A model generated the notes under the pieces. The model did no database searches, had not been told where the DNA came from, and was given only the letters and a program-made list of their open reading frames with translations. This document shows positions 1-8,386 of a DNA stretch of 64,000 nt, in pieces. The position numbers and the translations under genes are program-made. Location: IMG/VR virus record IMGVR_UViG_3300032562_000003, positions 1 to 64,000 of that record. One strand, given 5' to 3'. Numbering within the stretch: position 1 is the stretch's first letter; every line of letters starts with the position of its first letter.

Positions 1-354
1 TTGGAATCTAACATGTTCTTTATTAAGGAACACCTGAGCCTGCGCAAGAAACATTCTATTAACGGGGATTACCTGGCCATAGGTCAATTCAAGCTACAGT
101 TATTAGAAAATTTAGGTTTTGGTAAACTGGAAGCCAGGCATAGAAGCGACGGCTGGGAATTCGTAAAGAGATCCAATTTATGGTTAGATACTATACAGCC
201 CGTTATAAATTCTCGTGTGACTAACTCCAAACACACAAAAAGTATTATTAACTGGAATATGTCCATAGGAAACCTTTTAGAGATAGGGCCTGGCTCAAAT
301 GATAATTATGGTATGACAAATCTAATCGGGTTACTTCGCCGCAAAACTTTGTAG
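1..354 (+). CDS. C-terminal part of a gene begun upstream of the window; probable PP-loop ATPase-family paralogue
   Basis: FKLQLLENLGFGKLEARHRSDGWE resembles the C-terminal K..L...GF.....K..GFE motif of 430..1290 and 56840..57790. Confidence 0.45.
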   Translation: MESNMFFIKEHLSLRKKHSINGDYLAIGQFKLQLLENLGFGKLEARHRSDGWEFVKRSNLWLDTIQPVINSRVTNSKHTKSIINWNMSIGNLLEIGPGSNDNYGMTNLIGLLRRKTL

Positions 355-399
355 ACATACCGGTAATGATAAATAAGAATAGTAATGAAGGTCAGAAAT

Positions 400-504
400 A
401 TGTCGTTTATGCAAGCGTTGCGTGAAAAATTAACTGAAGTTAAGGAAGATATTATAGCAGACAAGAGCATCTCTGCTGTCTTTTCGGTTTTTAGCAGCCT
501 TTAG
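400..504 (+). pseudogene. Truncated paralogue of the small Cys-rich protein at 56609..56833
   Basis: GATAAATA late promoter at 368-375; MSFMQALREKLTEVKEDII resembles MTSFADKLKQRLTEVADQV, then runs into the antisense strand of the convergent gene before any CxxC motif. Confidence 0.55.
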
Positions 505-1290
505 GATATCAGTATATTTAAGCGTAACCGAATCGTAATGTTCTTTTAGTTTTTCGAATCCATTATATTTACGAGGTTGCGGTATAACGTCAAACCCGGC
601 CAATTGAAATAATAGACATTTATAGTGATATCCGTCTTTCTCTAATTGTTCATATTCAATTCCTTGCTGCCGACGTATAATCTCAAAAACCGGCATCAGA
701 TATTGGTCGTGCATCCAAAAATAAGGAACCATCGGTTGTTTGGAAATCTCAGAATATCTCTGCAACCCAAATTGTCCATAATTGATCGCTCCGAATTTTC
801 CGATAGATAAAACATAATTTCCGCTAGACACGACAGTACCTTCGGTAATCTTGCTTGCAATATACATGTGTGTGAGAATGTGTGGTGTGGTGCAGTTATA
901 AGTCTTAGCCCATTCTTGTAAATGATTTTCATGAAAATCAATAACATCGATGTCTAGGTAGTCGACCGAAAGCCCCTCACGTTCTGCTAATGCATTTAAC
1001 TCAACTAAATCATAATCATTCATATTGTCATTGTATCTAGCTGAAACGATTCTGAAAGGTACACCGCTGTGCTTCCAGGCTAAAATCATCGCTTGACTAT
1101 CTACACCGCCGCTGCACATCAAGGTATAAGGTGCAGGGTACTTACTAGATATACGTTCAATGGCCTCTTTAGATATTTCTAATGGTGTTTTGTCAGTAGT
1201 TGGAATAGCATTGTTGTAGTTAATATAAAACGGTAGCTTTGGGTCATGTGGTAGATAGTCTGGTCCAAACCCGTATTTTACCCAATCCAT
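430..1290 (-). CDS. PP-loop (adenine nucleotide alpha-hydrolase-like) ATPase, C-terminus probably truncated
   Basis: SGGVDS PP-loop motif; colinear similarity to 56840..57790 (YPAPY.LM.SGG.DSQ.M...W.HSGVPF; CT.PHI..HM); last ~15 aa diverge. Confidence 0.75.
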   Translation of the reverse strand: MDWVKYGFGPDYLPHDPKLPFYINYNNAIPTTDKTPLEISKEAIERISSKYPAPYTLMCSGGVDSQAMILAWKHSGVPFRIVSARYNDNMNDYDLVELNALAEREGLSVDYLDIDVIDFHENHLQEWAKTYNCTTPHILTHMYIASKITEGTVVSSGNYVLSIGKFGAINYGQFGLQRYSEISKQPMVPYFWMHDQYLMPVFEIIRRQQGIEYEQLEKDGYHYKCLLFQLAGFDVIPQPRKYNGFEKLKEHYDSVTLKYTDILKAAKNRKDSRDALVCYNIFLNFS

Positions 1291-1316
1291 AATGTATCCT
1301 AACTCTTTGATATTTA

Positions 1317-1324
1317 TATAAATA
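1317..1324 (+). promoter_or_regulatory. T4-type late promoter TATAAATA, overlapping a divergent copy on the minus strand
   Basis: Exact TATAAATA 5 nt before the ATG at 1330; TAAATA recurs before many late genes in the window. Confidence 0.75.
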
Positions 1325-1329
1325 CATAC

Positions 1330-2721
1330 ATGCGTATTACAGAATTAGTTGAAGCCATTAACCAAACCAGTGTATTGACTGACACTGCGTATACTTTGTT
1401 GCGTAAAGAGATTGATAAGTTCGTAAAAGAAAATCGCAACAGAATCTATCATGCTATAGGTGTAGAAAACATCATTGCTCGAATGGAATCAAATGATAAG
1501 AAAATTGCAGACATTCGTGAACAACAGCTACCGTGGCAAGAAGAAGAAAAACTAGTTGAACCTTTGCAAAATCAGACTATGGATTTGTGGGGCGACGTAG
1601 AGCGCGACTCCTACACTAGTGAACCTAACAAAGAAATTGTCGAAGATTTTAAACACACTTTGGAATTAGATTTACAGAATGTGGCTCGTGATTACATTGA
1701 GACTCAATTTGGTAAAATCATGACTAAAGATCCTTCTCAGAAGGACATCAATTGGGATACCCGAACCAAACAAAATCTATATTGGTTAGAACACATAATT
1801 GTTCAGTTGGATACTAAAGGGGCCAACGCTCGTACCGGAGAACCAAAGACAGGCGGAGGTTACTATCAAGCCTATCCTTCAAAAAACAAAATACAAAGCA
1901 GATATGGGCAAACCATCGATTGGTGGAATGATTTAGCTGTGCATGTTAATGTGTACACTAGCGAAAAGAAATTATGGGAAGTGCTGACCAATAGACTACA
2001 GCAACTAGAAACAGAAGATAGATATGGTGAAAGCAGTATCTCCAATCCAATCCCAAAGTTTTTAAAGGATATACTACATACTTATGTGCATGAAGTTGTT
2101 CACTTAGAACAGGATGCACGTTTAAGAATTAACAAACAACAGGCAGAACTTAGAGGGGAACCATACGGTGTCAATCGAACAGATCATACTATGTTGCCTA
2201 ACCCAGACCAGCCTCGCCCTAAGATAACGATTCTTGATCCGAATAGCACCAAAGGATCTGATGTTAAGAACGCAGATGCCAAATACAGAAAATATCGCGG
2301 TGGAAAACGCGGTAATCCGGTGCAAGATGTTGATAGATTTGAAAACAATCTAAATCGATGGTCAGCATATTTAGGATCAGTTAATGAGATTGAAGCGCAC
2401 GCCGCCCACGCCGCAAGTGAACTTTATATGGAAATGTTGTCAAATTTATCAACATGGAGAAGCTATAGCTATTCAGACATTGATCGACAGCGAGAGATAA
2501 ATCAGTTTGTAGACAATGAGATTGATAATATTCGATATGGGTATTTCCCTAAAAATTTTTATACGATGGCGTCTATAGAACAAACCGCCAAAGAAGCTAT
2601 GCAAAAACCAAACCCAACTAATCAAGAAAAGCGGTTTATTAAGGTATGGCAAACTTATGTTAAGAAGATCATCAAGCATCTGCAAAGCTACAAAAAACCA
2701 GTACCTAAAGAAGAATATTAA
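1330..2721 (+). CDS. Putative internal-head protein with zincin metalloprotease motif
   Basis: HEVVH (HExxH) plus downstream NEIEAHA; N-terminus MRITELVE; late promoter. Confidence 0.55.
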   Translation: MRITELVEAINQTSVLTDTAYTLLRKEIDKFVKENRNRIYHAIGVENIIARMESNDKKIADIREQQLPWQEEEKLVEPLQNQTMDLWGDVERDSYTSEPNKEIVEDFKHTLELDLQNVARDYIETQFGKIMTKDPSQKDINWDTRTKQNLYWLEHIIVQLDTKGANARTGEPKTGGGYYQAYPSKNKIQSRYGQTIDWWNDLAVHVNVYTSEKKLWEVLTNRLQQLETEDRYGESSISNPIPKFLKDILHTYVHEVVHLEQDARLRINKQQAELRGEPYGVNRTDHTMLPNPDQPRPKITILDPNSTKGSDVKNADAKYRKYRGGKRGNPVQDVDRFENNLNRWSAYLGSVNEIEAHAAHAASELYMEMLSNLSTWRSYSYSDIDRQREINQFVDNEIDNIRYGYFPKNFYTMASIEQTAKEAMQKPNPTNQEKRFIKVWQTYVKKIIKHLQSYKKPVPKEEY

Positions 2722-2783
2722 GATTTTTAGTTGACTTATTTTCCTAAAAAGCTTATATTTAATTATAGGAAATGGAGAGCGAA

Positions 2784-3041
2784 ATGCCTGAGACGTATCA
2801 AGAACGAGTTGGACGTTACCGTATTATCCGTCACGAAGAACTTCCTGCTGCGCATAAGGCGGAGTACCGGCTCCGCGGTATCGACCCTGATAATAACTGG
2901 TCTTTGATTTGGTCTTTTGATGAGCCGGCGTCCGCTGAAAAGTGTCTCGAAGACTGCAACTTGACCAAGGCTTCGTTTCAAACCTACAAGCTGGTTGATG
3001 CTGGCCAGACAGAGTATATCGAACGTACTATGTGGTTTTAA
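2784..3041 (+). CDS. Small early hypothetical protein
   Basis: ORF behind promoter/RBS module 1. Confidence 0.75.
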   Translation: MPETYQERVGRYRIIRHEELPAAHKAEYRLRGIDPDNNWSLIWSFDEPASAEKCLEDCNLTKASFQTYKLVDAGQTEYIERTMWF

Positions 3042-3101
3042 AAACCAGTTGACTTCTTTTCAGTAAAAGACTATATTTAATTATAGGAAATGGAGATCAA
3101 G

Positions 3102-3269
3102 ATGGCGCGTAAAACCTATAAGACCTATTTTGTAAGTAAGGAAAACAACTGGGGCACTCCTCGCTGGGTCGTTTGGAAGGAAAATTGTTCGCCCTTCGGC
3201 CGATATCCTACTAAAACGGCTGCTATCAAGGACTGTCGTACATATGGCATTAAGCTTGAAGAACGCTAA
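3102..3269 (+). CDS. Small early hypothetical protein (55 aa, not in ORF track)
   Basis: MARKTYKTYFVSKENNWG...; GGAGA RBS, module 2. Confidence 0.7.
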   Translation: MARKTYKTYFVSKENNWGTPRWVVWKENCSPFGRYPTKTAAIKDCRTYGIKLEER

Positions 3270-3328
3270 ACCCCGTTGACTTATTTTCAGCAAAAGACTA
3301 TATTTAATTATAGGAAATGGAGATAGAG

Positions 3329-3541
3329 ATGTCTAAGGACACTGAACAGTATCGCGACCGTATGGAATTCCCTATGGAAGCCCTTGCCATAGAGCTTTTT
3401 GGATTTGCCGATCTCTCATGCGGAACCATGTCTGACCCTGAAATTGTAGAGCATGCGACCCGTAAGAGTAAGATGCTGAAGGAAATGATTCTGGCTACGG
3501 GCTTCTCTGAGGAAATGCTCAAGGCTTGCATGATAAACTAG
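3329..3541 (+). CDS. Small early hypothetical protein
   Basis: ORF behind module 3. Confidence 0.7.
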   Translation: MSKDTEQYRDRMEFPMEALAIELFGFADLSCGTMSDPEIVEHATRKSKMLKEMILATGFSEEMLKACMIN

Positions 3542-3598
3542 TTGACTTATGGTTCCTATATCTCTACGTTATAGATATAGAAATTGGGACCGATCCAT

Positions 3599-3901
3599 AT
3601 GCTACCGCCTATATCTGACGAACAAATGATGTGGTATATTCTTAAGGGGTATACTATTGATTTGGGCGCATACGGCGATCGGCATTGGTATCTTAACGGG
3701 CAACGTCACCGAGAAGACGGCCCTGCTATTGAATATGCGAACGGCGATCGGCATTGGTATCTTAACGGACAACGTCATCGAGAAGATGGTCCTGCGTGTG
3801 AATATGCGAACGGAGCTCGGTATTGGTATCTAAACGACCAAAACATGACCGAAGAAGAACACCGAAAACTCACACAAAAGAAAATGGCTAATATCGGTTG
3901 A
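3599..3901 (+). CDS. 22-aa repeat (MORN-variant-like, WYLNGQRHREDGPA) protein, paralogue 1 (2 units)
   Basis: 66-bp tandem repeats; termini near-identical to 14173 and 35731 copies. Confidence 0.85.
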   Translation: MLPPISDEQMMWYILKGYTIDLGAYGDRHWYLNGQRHREDGPAIEYANGDRHWYLNGQRHREDGPACEYANGARYWYLNDQNMTEEEHRKLTQKKMANIG

Positions 3902-3958
3902 CATCACGTCTCTGATTTGCTAATATGAATCATAGAGATTCAGCAAACGGAACAAACC

Positions 3959-4126
3959 ATGAATAGTTTTGTTTTTCGGGCCTTTGGTAACTCTAAGGTC
4001 TTTAATGCGAATACGCACAACGAAGCGATGTTGATGGCTAATCGTCATTTTCCGCTTGGTTCTGGGGTTTGGCAGAAGATTTCGGATTCCCAATGGAATT
4101 GGGTCGAAGGTAATTTTTTCGATTAA
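3959..4126 (+). CDS. Small early hypothetical protein (55 aa, not in ORF track)
   Basis: MNSFVFRAFG...; follows TTGACA promoter at 3898. Confidence 0.6.
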   Translation: MNSFVFRAFGNSKVFNANTHNEAMLMANRHFPLGSGVWQKISDSQWNWVEGNFFD

Positions 4127-4237
4127 TTAGTTGACTTCGGGTATCTGATTGCTACTTTTATTAAGACACTTATTCGATAATTAACCGTTAGGTAGTTGAC
4201 ATTGGTCATCTATCGATATAATATAAAAATATAATTT

Positions 4238-4324
4238 GGACGTATTAGTATAGTGGTCGAATACACCTGGCTCTTAATCCGGACGCTTAGCGCATCGTAG
4301 GTTCGAATCCTACTACGTCCTCCA
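4238..4324 (+). tRNA. Atypical tRNA, anticodon CTT (Lys) with long variable arm
   Basis: Acceptor GGACGTA/TACGTCC, T-arm GTAGG-TTCGAAT-CCTAC, loop CTCTTAA, variable hairpin CGC-TTA-GCG, encoded CCA. Confidence 0.75.
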
Positions 4325-4333
4325 TTAAATTAT

Positions 4334-4409
4334 AGCAGTGTAGCATAGTAGCCAATGCAACAGATTCATATTCTGTCTATCGTGGGTGCGAGTCCCATCA
4401 CTGCTTCCA
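4334..4409 (+). tRNA. tRNA-CAT (elongator Met or Ile2)
   Basis: AGCAGTG/CACTGCT acceptor, ACAGA-TTCATAT-TCTGT anticodon arm, T-loop TGCGAGT, CCA. Confidence 0.85.
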
Positions 4410-4460
4410 CTTTTGCCCAATTCAATTGACACCTGAATTGTATTAGAATAAATTGAATAT

Positions 4461-5255
4461 TCAATGGCTCATGGGTCTGCTAGGTGTGGTCGAAGTAACA
4501 CACCTAGGAAGACGAATATCTTTGCTCATTATTCGTTCAATATTTCCTACCGCTGCTAAGCGTAAGTCGTCATCTTCTCGAATGTATCTCTCTCCTTTAA
4601 TTTCTACCCAGTGATCGTAGTCCTTTAGATAGAAATCCGGATAATATTTCCTTGTTTTGCCTGCAGAATCGGTGAATGAGAAATAAGTAGTGGTGTTTTT
4701 GATCCACTGTATTTGGTGTTTATCGAGTAAAAGCGCAAATTGATACTCTGCTCCAGAATCCATCTTGTGCCCGCGGTAAATGCATGTTTTCTTTCGTGTA
4801 GAATTGGGATGATATTTGTTCTTATTGCTACATGCAACGGAACAGTATTTCCTAGTCGATTCACATGGCGTCACCGAAAAAATAGTGCCACATTCTTTAC
4901 AGACCAGTTTGGATCTTATGCGGGTGCTTCGGATAGGTTTGGATTTTTTAGGTTTGGCTCTAGCAACGTTGTTAAATTTAGCAGCACATGATTGATCGCA
5001 GTATGTACCTCCTCTTCTAACATACGGCAGTGGATTATTACACTGTTTGCAATGTTTAGGATTATGTAGGTAAGAACTCGTTGCAATTTCTCGATCTTTG
5101 TTAGCTCTTATTCGAATTCCTTTGCTGATATTTTCACCATTATTAGAACATGCGGCTGCATATGTAGGATCGTGCCAATGTAAATGGGAACGCAGTCCGC
5201 GTTCCGAGTGAAAATATTTGTCGCACGCGGTGCAGGTAAAGGTATTATTTGACAT
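4461..5255 (-). mobile_element. Free-standing putative homing endonuclease (C2H2/Cys zinc motifs + PD-(D/E)xK domain) within the tRNA region
   Basis: CTACDKYF..L.SHLHWH, several CxxC, DSGAE...YYPDFYL...VEIKG. Confidence 0.75.
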
Positions 5256-5432
5256 CAGTGATCTCCAGATAAGTATGTTTGTGGGACAGCCCGGACTCCA
5301 GACTGGGTTTCAAAGAACTACAACTTCTTTGATTACCACAGTGTATTTATTCCTTTTAGCAGTTACCCAAAAAACTTTACAATCACCTAGTAATTTAGTA
5401 TAAAGAACAAGTAATTTACAGAGGAATAGAAA

Positions 5433-5999
5433 ATGAAGGTATCACTGCGTAAGGCAAATGCACTGCAAGTTGCTATCAATGAAGCAATCAAGGGGCTAAA
5501 CTTCAACTACACGGTTGGGCTGAATGAGTTCCAGGACACGATTGCTGCAATCGCAGCGGCTGCTACTACTTTTAGTACTAGCGTCGGTCGTCGTACGGCT
5601 CTGCTTGATGCCCTCTACGAGATTCGCAAGTCAGTTGATGCTGTTAATAACAGCTACGATATCAATAGCACGCTTGCAAATATCGCTCGCCTAGAAAAGG
5701 ACATTCAGTTCTACGGTTCTTATGCTAAGGCTGAGGTTCGTGCTGAACAAGCTGTCATCGACGGTAAGCTAGCTAAGATCCGCACTCGTGCAGAAGATGC
5801 ATTCGGTTATAGACGAGCCGGCGAAGTCCAAACGTCTGTACTCACTACCGAAGACGTAAAAAATTACCGCAGCATTGTTGCTGAATGCAAGAAGCAAAAG
5901 CAAAAGCTGCAAGATGAACTTCTCGAATCCAACGTTCGCAACGTCATTCATCTGACAGATAAGACTGTTGCGGTTCTGCAGGCCGAGAACATCATCTAA
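5433..5999 (+). CDS. Coiled-coil hypothetical protein
   Basis: 188-aa helical ORF with GAGGA RBS. Confidence 0.8.
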   Translation: MKVSLRKANALQVAINEAIKGLNFNYTVGLNEFQDTIAAIAAAATTFSTSVGRRTALLDALYEIRKSVDAVNNSYDINSTLANIARLEKDIQFYGSYAKAEVRAEQAVIDGKLAKIRTRAEDAFGYRRAGEVQTSVLTTEDVKNYRSIVAECKKQKQKLQDELLESNVRNVIHLTDKTVAVLQAENII

Positions 6000-6000
6000 C

Positions 6001-6275
6001 GGTTTGGTGGTATGCCTTGTAGCGCGAACTGCAGGGCAAAACCACCCGAAAAGAAAGAGAGATTAGAGTAGACACCGTAAGTTTCATTAGAAATTTACAT
6101 TTGACAGCTCCGTTTTTGGCATCATAATTACGTGACCCGAACTATTAAAGACATTTTGCACTTTGCTGTTCGAACATATGTAGTTTTTGTAGATTGTGAA
6201 GTGTCTATTGCACACAAGGGTGGCTCTTAAGAGCCCCGCTGTTTTTTGCACAGTCTATGACTTACTCTTTCTTTT
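6001..6275 (+). ncRNA. Candidate structured RNA downstream of the coiled-coil gene
   Basis: GGTGG.GCCTTGTAG/CTGCAGGGC.CCACC hairpin; AAAGAG..TAGAC pairs with GTCTA..CTCTTT; repeated TTGCAC/TTGT. Confidence 0.4.
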
Positions 6276-6515
6276 CGTATTTTTTAAAATAACTGAAAAA
6301 AGTTATTGACTTTGGTCTAGCATATAAGTATACTAACAAAATCGAGAGAGCGCAGAGAAACAAATGTTTCAACAGGTTCTCAATAAAAAATTTAAAAACT
6401 ATAAAAAGGTGTTGACATTCGTTAGCGTCTTTGATATAATGAAATATAAGCTGAGAAATCAGCGATCTTTGACAATTTAGAATAAGAATTGGGGGCATAG
6501 CCCCGATAATGAGAT

Positions 6516-6897
6516 AGCCTTGAGCAATTGAGGTTAAAGCAAGGTTTCCTATAAACTTGCGCCACCAATGGTCTCTCTATGCAAGCACGAACTAATCCGA
6601 AAGGATCCGTCCCTAGAAAGGCGGTAGTCGATAAGTTAGGTGTGTTGTCCGAAAGGATGTGTCACAGAGCCAGTCGGTGAGTGATAAGAGGGTTGGCGCC
6701 CTCATGACATGCAGCCAAACTAACGAACGATGAAAGTTAACGTGTAGTTATTGAGTCTGACCCTGCAAGGAAAGGCAAGATAGCATTTCGAGCGAAGAAG
6801 GTTTCATAAGGAGCCGGACCCGCAAAGAAACATTGAGTATCCCGCAAGGGATTCGGTAATGACCAAAGACGTTCGTTTAAAGCTGTAATCTCAGGCT
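6516..6897 (+). ncRNA. Large ornate ncRNA, GOLLD-like candidate (compact)
   Basis: No ORF; terminal helix AGCCTTGAG/CTCAGGCT; AACGAACG(6722)/CGTTCGTT(6870); many GNRA hairpins (TCC-GAAA-GGA x2, TCCC-GCAA-GGGA); upstream TTGACA..TATAAT promoter; next to tRNAs. Confidence 0.65.
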
Positions 6898-6920
6898 GTA
6901 CAAAAGATAAATAATATTAG

Positions 6921-7016
6921 ACTATTTTGATGAACACACTTACGAAAAAACTAAAAACGGTGATCATTGATCGGCCGGTGACGTTGAGATTAAGAAAGTG
7001 TGTTCTTCTAAATAGT
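6921..7016 (+). ncRNA. Long-stem small RNA candidate after a late promoter
   Basis: ACTATTT..GAACACACTT / AAGTGTGTTC..AAATAGT; GATAAATA at 6906. Confidence 0.4.
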
Positions 7017-7023
7017 TTAATGT

Positions 7024-7103
7024 CGCGGGGTAGAGAAGTCCGGTCGTTCTCGCCAGTCTCATAAACTGGAAATCGGTGGTTCAAATCCAGCCTCCCGCAT
7101 CCA
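7024..7103 (+). tRNA. Initiator-like tRNA-fMet(CAT)
   Basis: CGCGGGG 5' end with C1:A72 mismatch; anticodon arm CCAGT-CTCATAA-ACTGG; CCA. Confidence 0.8.
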
Positions 7104-7220
7104 TTCAGTTTCTTGTTTCTGTAAAAAACAATTGGTGGAGCCCGGTACTGCTGTATCGGTCCTATTAGGATAGAGGGTTGTAAGTGACCTGTACTTGACT
7201 GGGAACTTTCGAAGATTTAT

Positions 7221-7295
7221 GCGGGTGTGGTATAGGAGATGTGCCCTAGCCTTCCAAGCTAGAGAGGACCGGAGCGTTGCCGGCCACCCGCTCCA
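7221..7295 (+). tRNA. tRNA-Gly(TCC)
   Basis: GCGGGTG/CACCCGC, CTAGC-CTTCCAA-GCTAG, U73, CCA; non-canonical T-loop AGCGTTG. Confidence 0.88.
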
Positions 7296-7299
7296 ATAT

Positions 7300-7374
7300 G
7301 CTTCCATAGTATAATGGTCATTACAATGCGTTGCCAACGCGTGGAAATCGGTTCGATCCCGATTGGAAGCTCCA
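7300..7374 (+). tRNA. tRNA-Gly(GCC)
   Basis: GCTTCCA/TGGAAGC, ATGCG-TTGCCAA-CGCGT, TTCGATC T-loop, CCA. Confidence 0.92.
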
Positions 7375-7391
7375 CTTTTCATAAATACTAG

Positions 7392-7880
7392 ATGTTATTA
7401 ATCGCTTATCAGGGAATCTTTAACGGTCAAAATTATGATCAAGCCAACACACCAAACCAAATCGGTTTGGCGTTTAACCATGGATATTCGGTATCAGTGG
7501 ATGTTTGGAGAGTTAACGGTATTTTGTATTTAGGTACGGACCAACCGCTCACAGAAGTTACACCTGATTATCTGAAGGGTAATCGTTTTTGGATCAATGC
7601 TAGAAACGTCGAAATGCAAGAATGGATTTCTACACAGCCGATCAAATCATATCCTAATTATTTTTGGTATGACATAACCCATCCTCCACCGTACGTTACC
7701 ACTAGCGGCGGTCAACTGTGGACCTTCGGAACAGTACCCGTAAATAACTCTAGTATCGTCGTTCTTCCTGAAATAAATGACAGAGGGCTGTTGAGTACAG
7801 TCAAGCTAAATTGCTATGGAATCTGTAGCACATATCCTACGTTTATTAGACGTATGCGCACTGAAGGTAATTGGTACTAA
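7392..7880 (+). CDS. Degenerate glycerophosphodiester phosphodiesterase-like protein
   Basis: MLLIAYQG (usually HRG)...GYSVSVDVW...LYLG.D...GICS; catalytic His residues appear substituted. Confidence 0.5.
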   Translation: MLLIAYQGIFNGQNYDQANTPNQIGLAFNHGYSVSVDVWRVNGILYLGTDQPLTEVTPDYLKGNRFWINARNVEMQEWISTQPIKSYPNYFWYDITHPPPYVTTSGGQLWTFGTVPVNNSSIVVLPEINDRGLLSTVKLNCYGICSTYPTFIRRMRTEGNWY

Positions 7881-8326
7881 TAATAGTACACGCAATATGC
7901 GTTGTTACCAGTCTCGCTTGGGTTAAAATCGCTGGTTAACTTAAACCCAGACTTAGCATAGGTCTTCCAACTAACATCTCTGGGATAACTCCAACATAGT
8001 ACTGCCTTTTCTGATCTACCCTGTGCAATCGTAGCATTCAGCAGTACAACACCTATTCCCTTTCCCCGAAACTTTTCAAATACATATAATCCTCTAGAAC
8101 GATATTCTTTGTCATTGCACATGTGACCGCTGTTGACTCCTGCAATTTCTCCGTCTATCATGTAAGCGAAGAATGTTGCAGGTGTTTCCATATTTGAACC
8201 TAAATATCCGCCGGTTCTGCACATTGCACTGTTAGTTTCGATTGTCGAAATCCTATCGGGCCACAGATAGTTTCGCCAGATTGGTAAAATTTCATCGAAC
8301 GATATGGTTATAAGTTTGTCAGTCAT
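7877..8326 (-). CDS. GNAT acetyltransferase, paralogue of 57800
   Basis: RSRGLYV...FRGKGIG motif A; ILPIW...LWPDR, VNSGH shared with 57800; TATAAATA upstream. Confidence 0.8.
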   Translation of the reverse strand: MTDKLITISFDEILPIWRNYLWPDRISTIETNSAMCRTGGYLGSNMETPATFFAYMIDGEIAGVNSGHMCNDKEYRSRGLYVFEKFRGKGIGVVLLNATIAQGRSEKAVLCWSYPRDVSWKTYAKSGFKLTSDFNPSETGNNAYCVYYY

Positions 8327-8386
8327 TCTAATATTTATAGAACCAAACTGCTTGAATATTAATTTCAATTGTCATATAATTGCAAT

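Larger units (their letters stand above)
2730..3323 (+). repeat. Three near-identical ~49-bp early promoter+RBS modules (2730-2778, 3048-3096, 3275-3323)
   Basis: GTTGACTT.TTT.C...AAA.G...TATATTTAATTATAGGAAATGGAGA before each of three small ORFs. Confidence 0.9.

Noticed and set aside
4465-4512. 5' half of a tRNA split by the endonuclease, or an intron
   Set aside because: No matching 3' half or group I core found on the other side; explained as a simple hairpin
7059-7382. 107-aa minus-strand ORF
   Set aside because: Antisense shadow of tRNA genes
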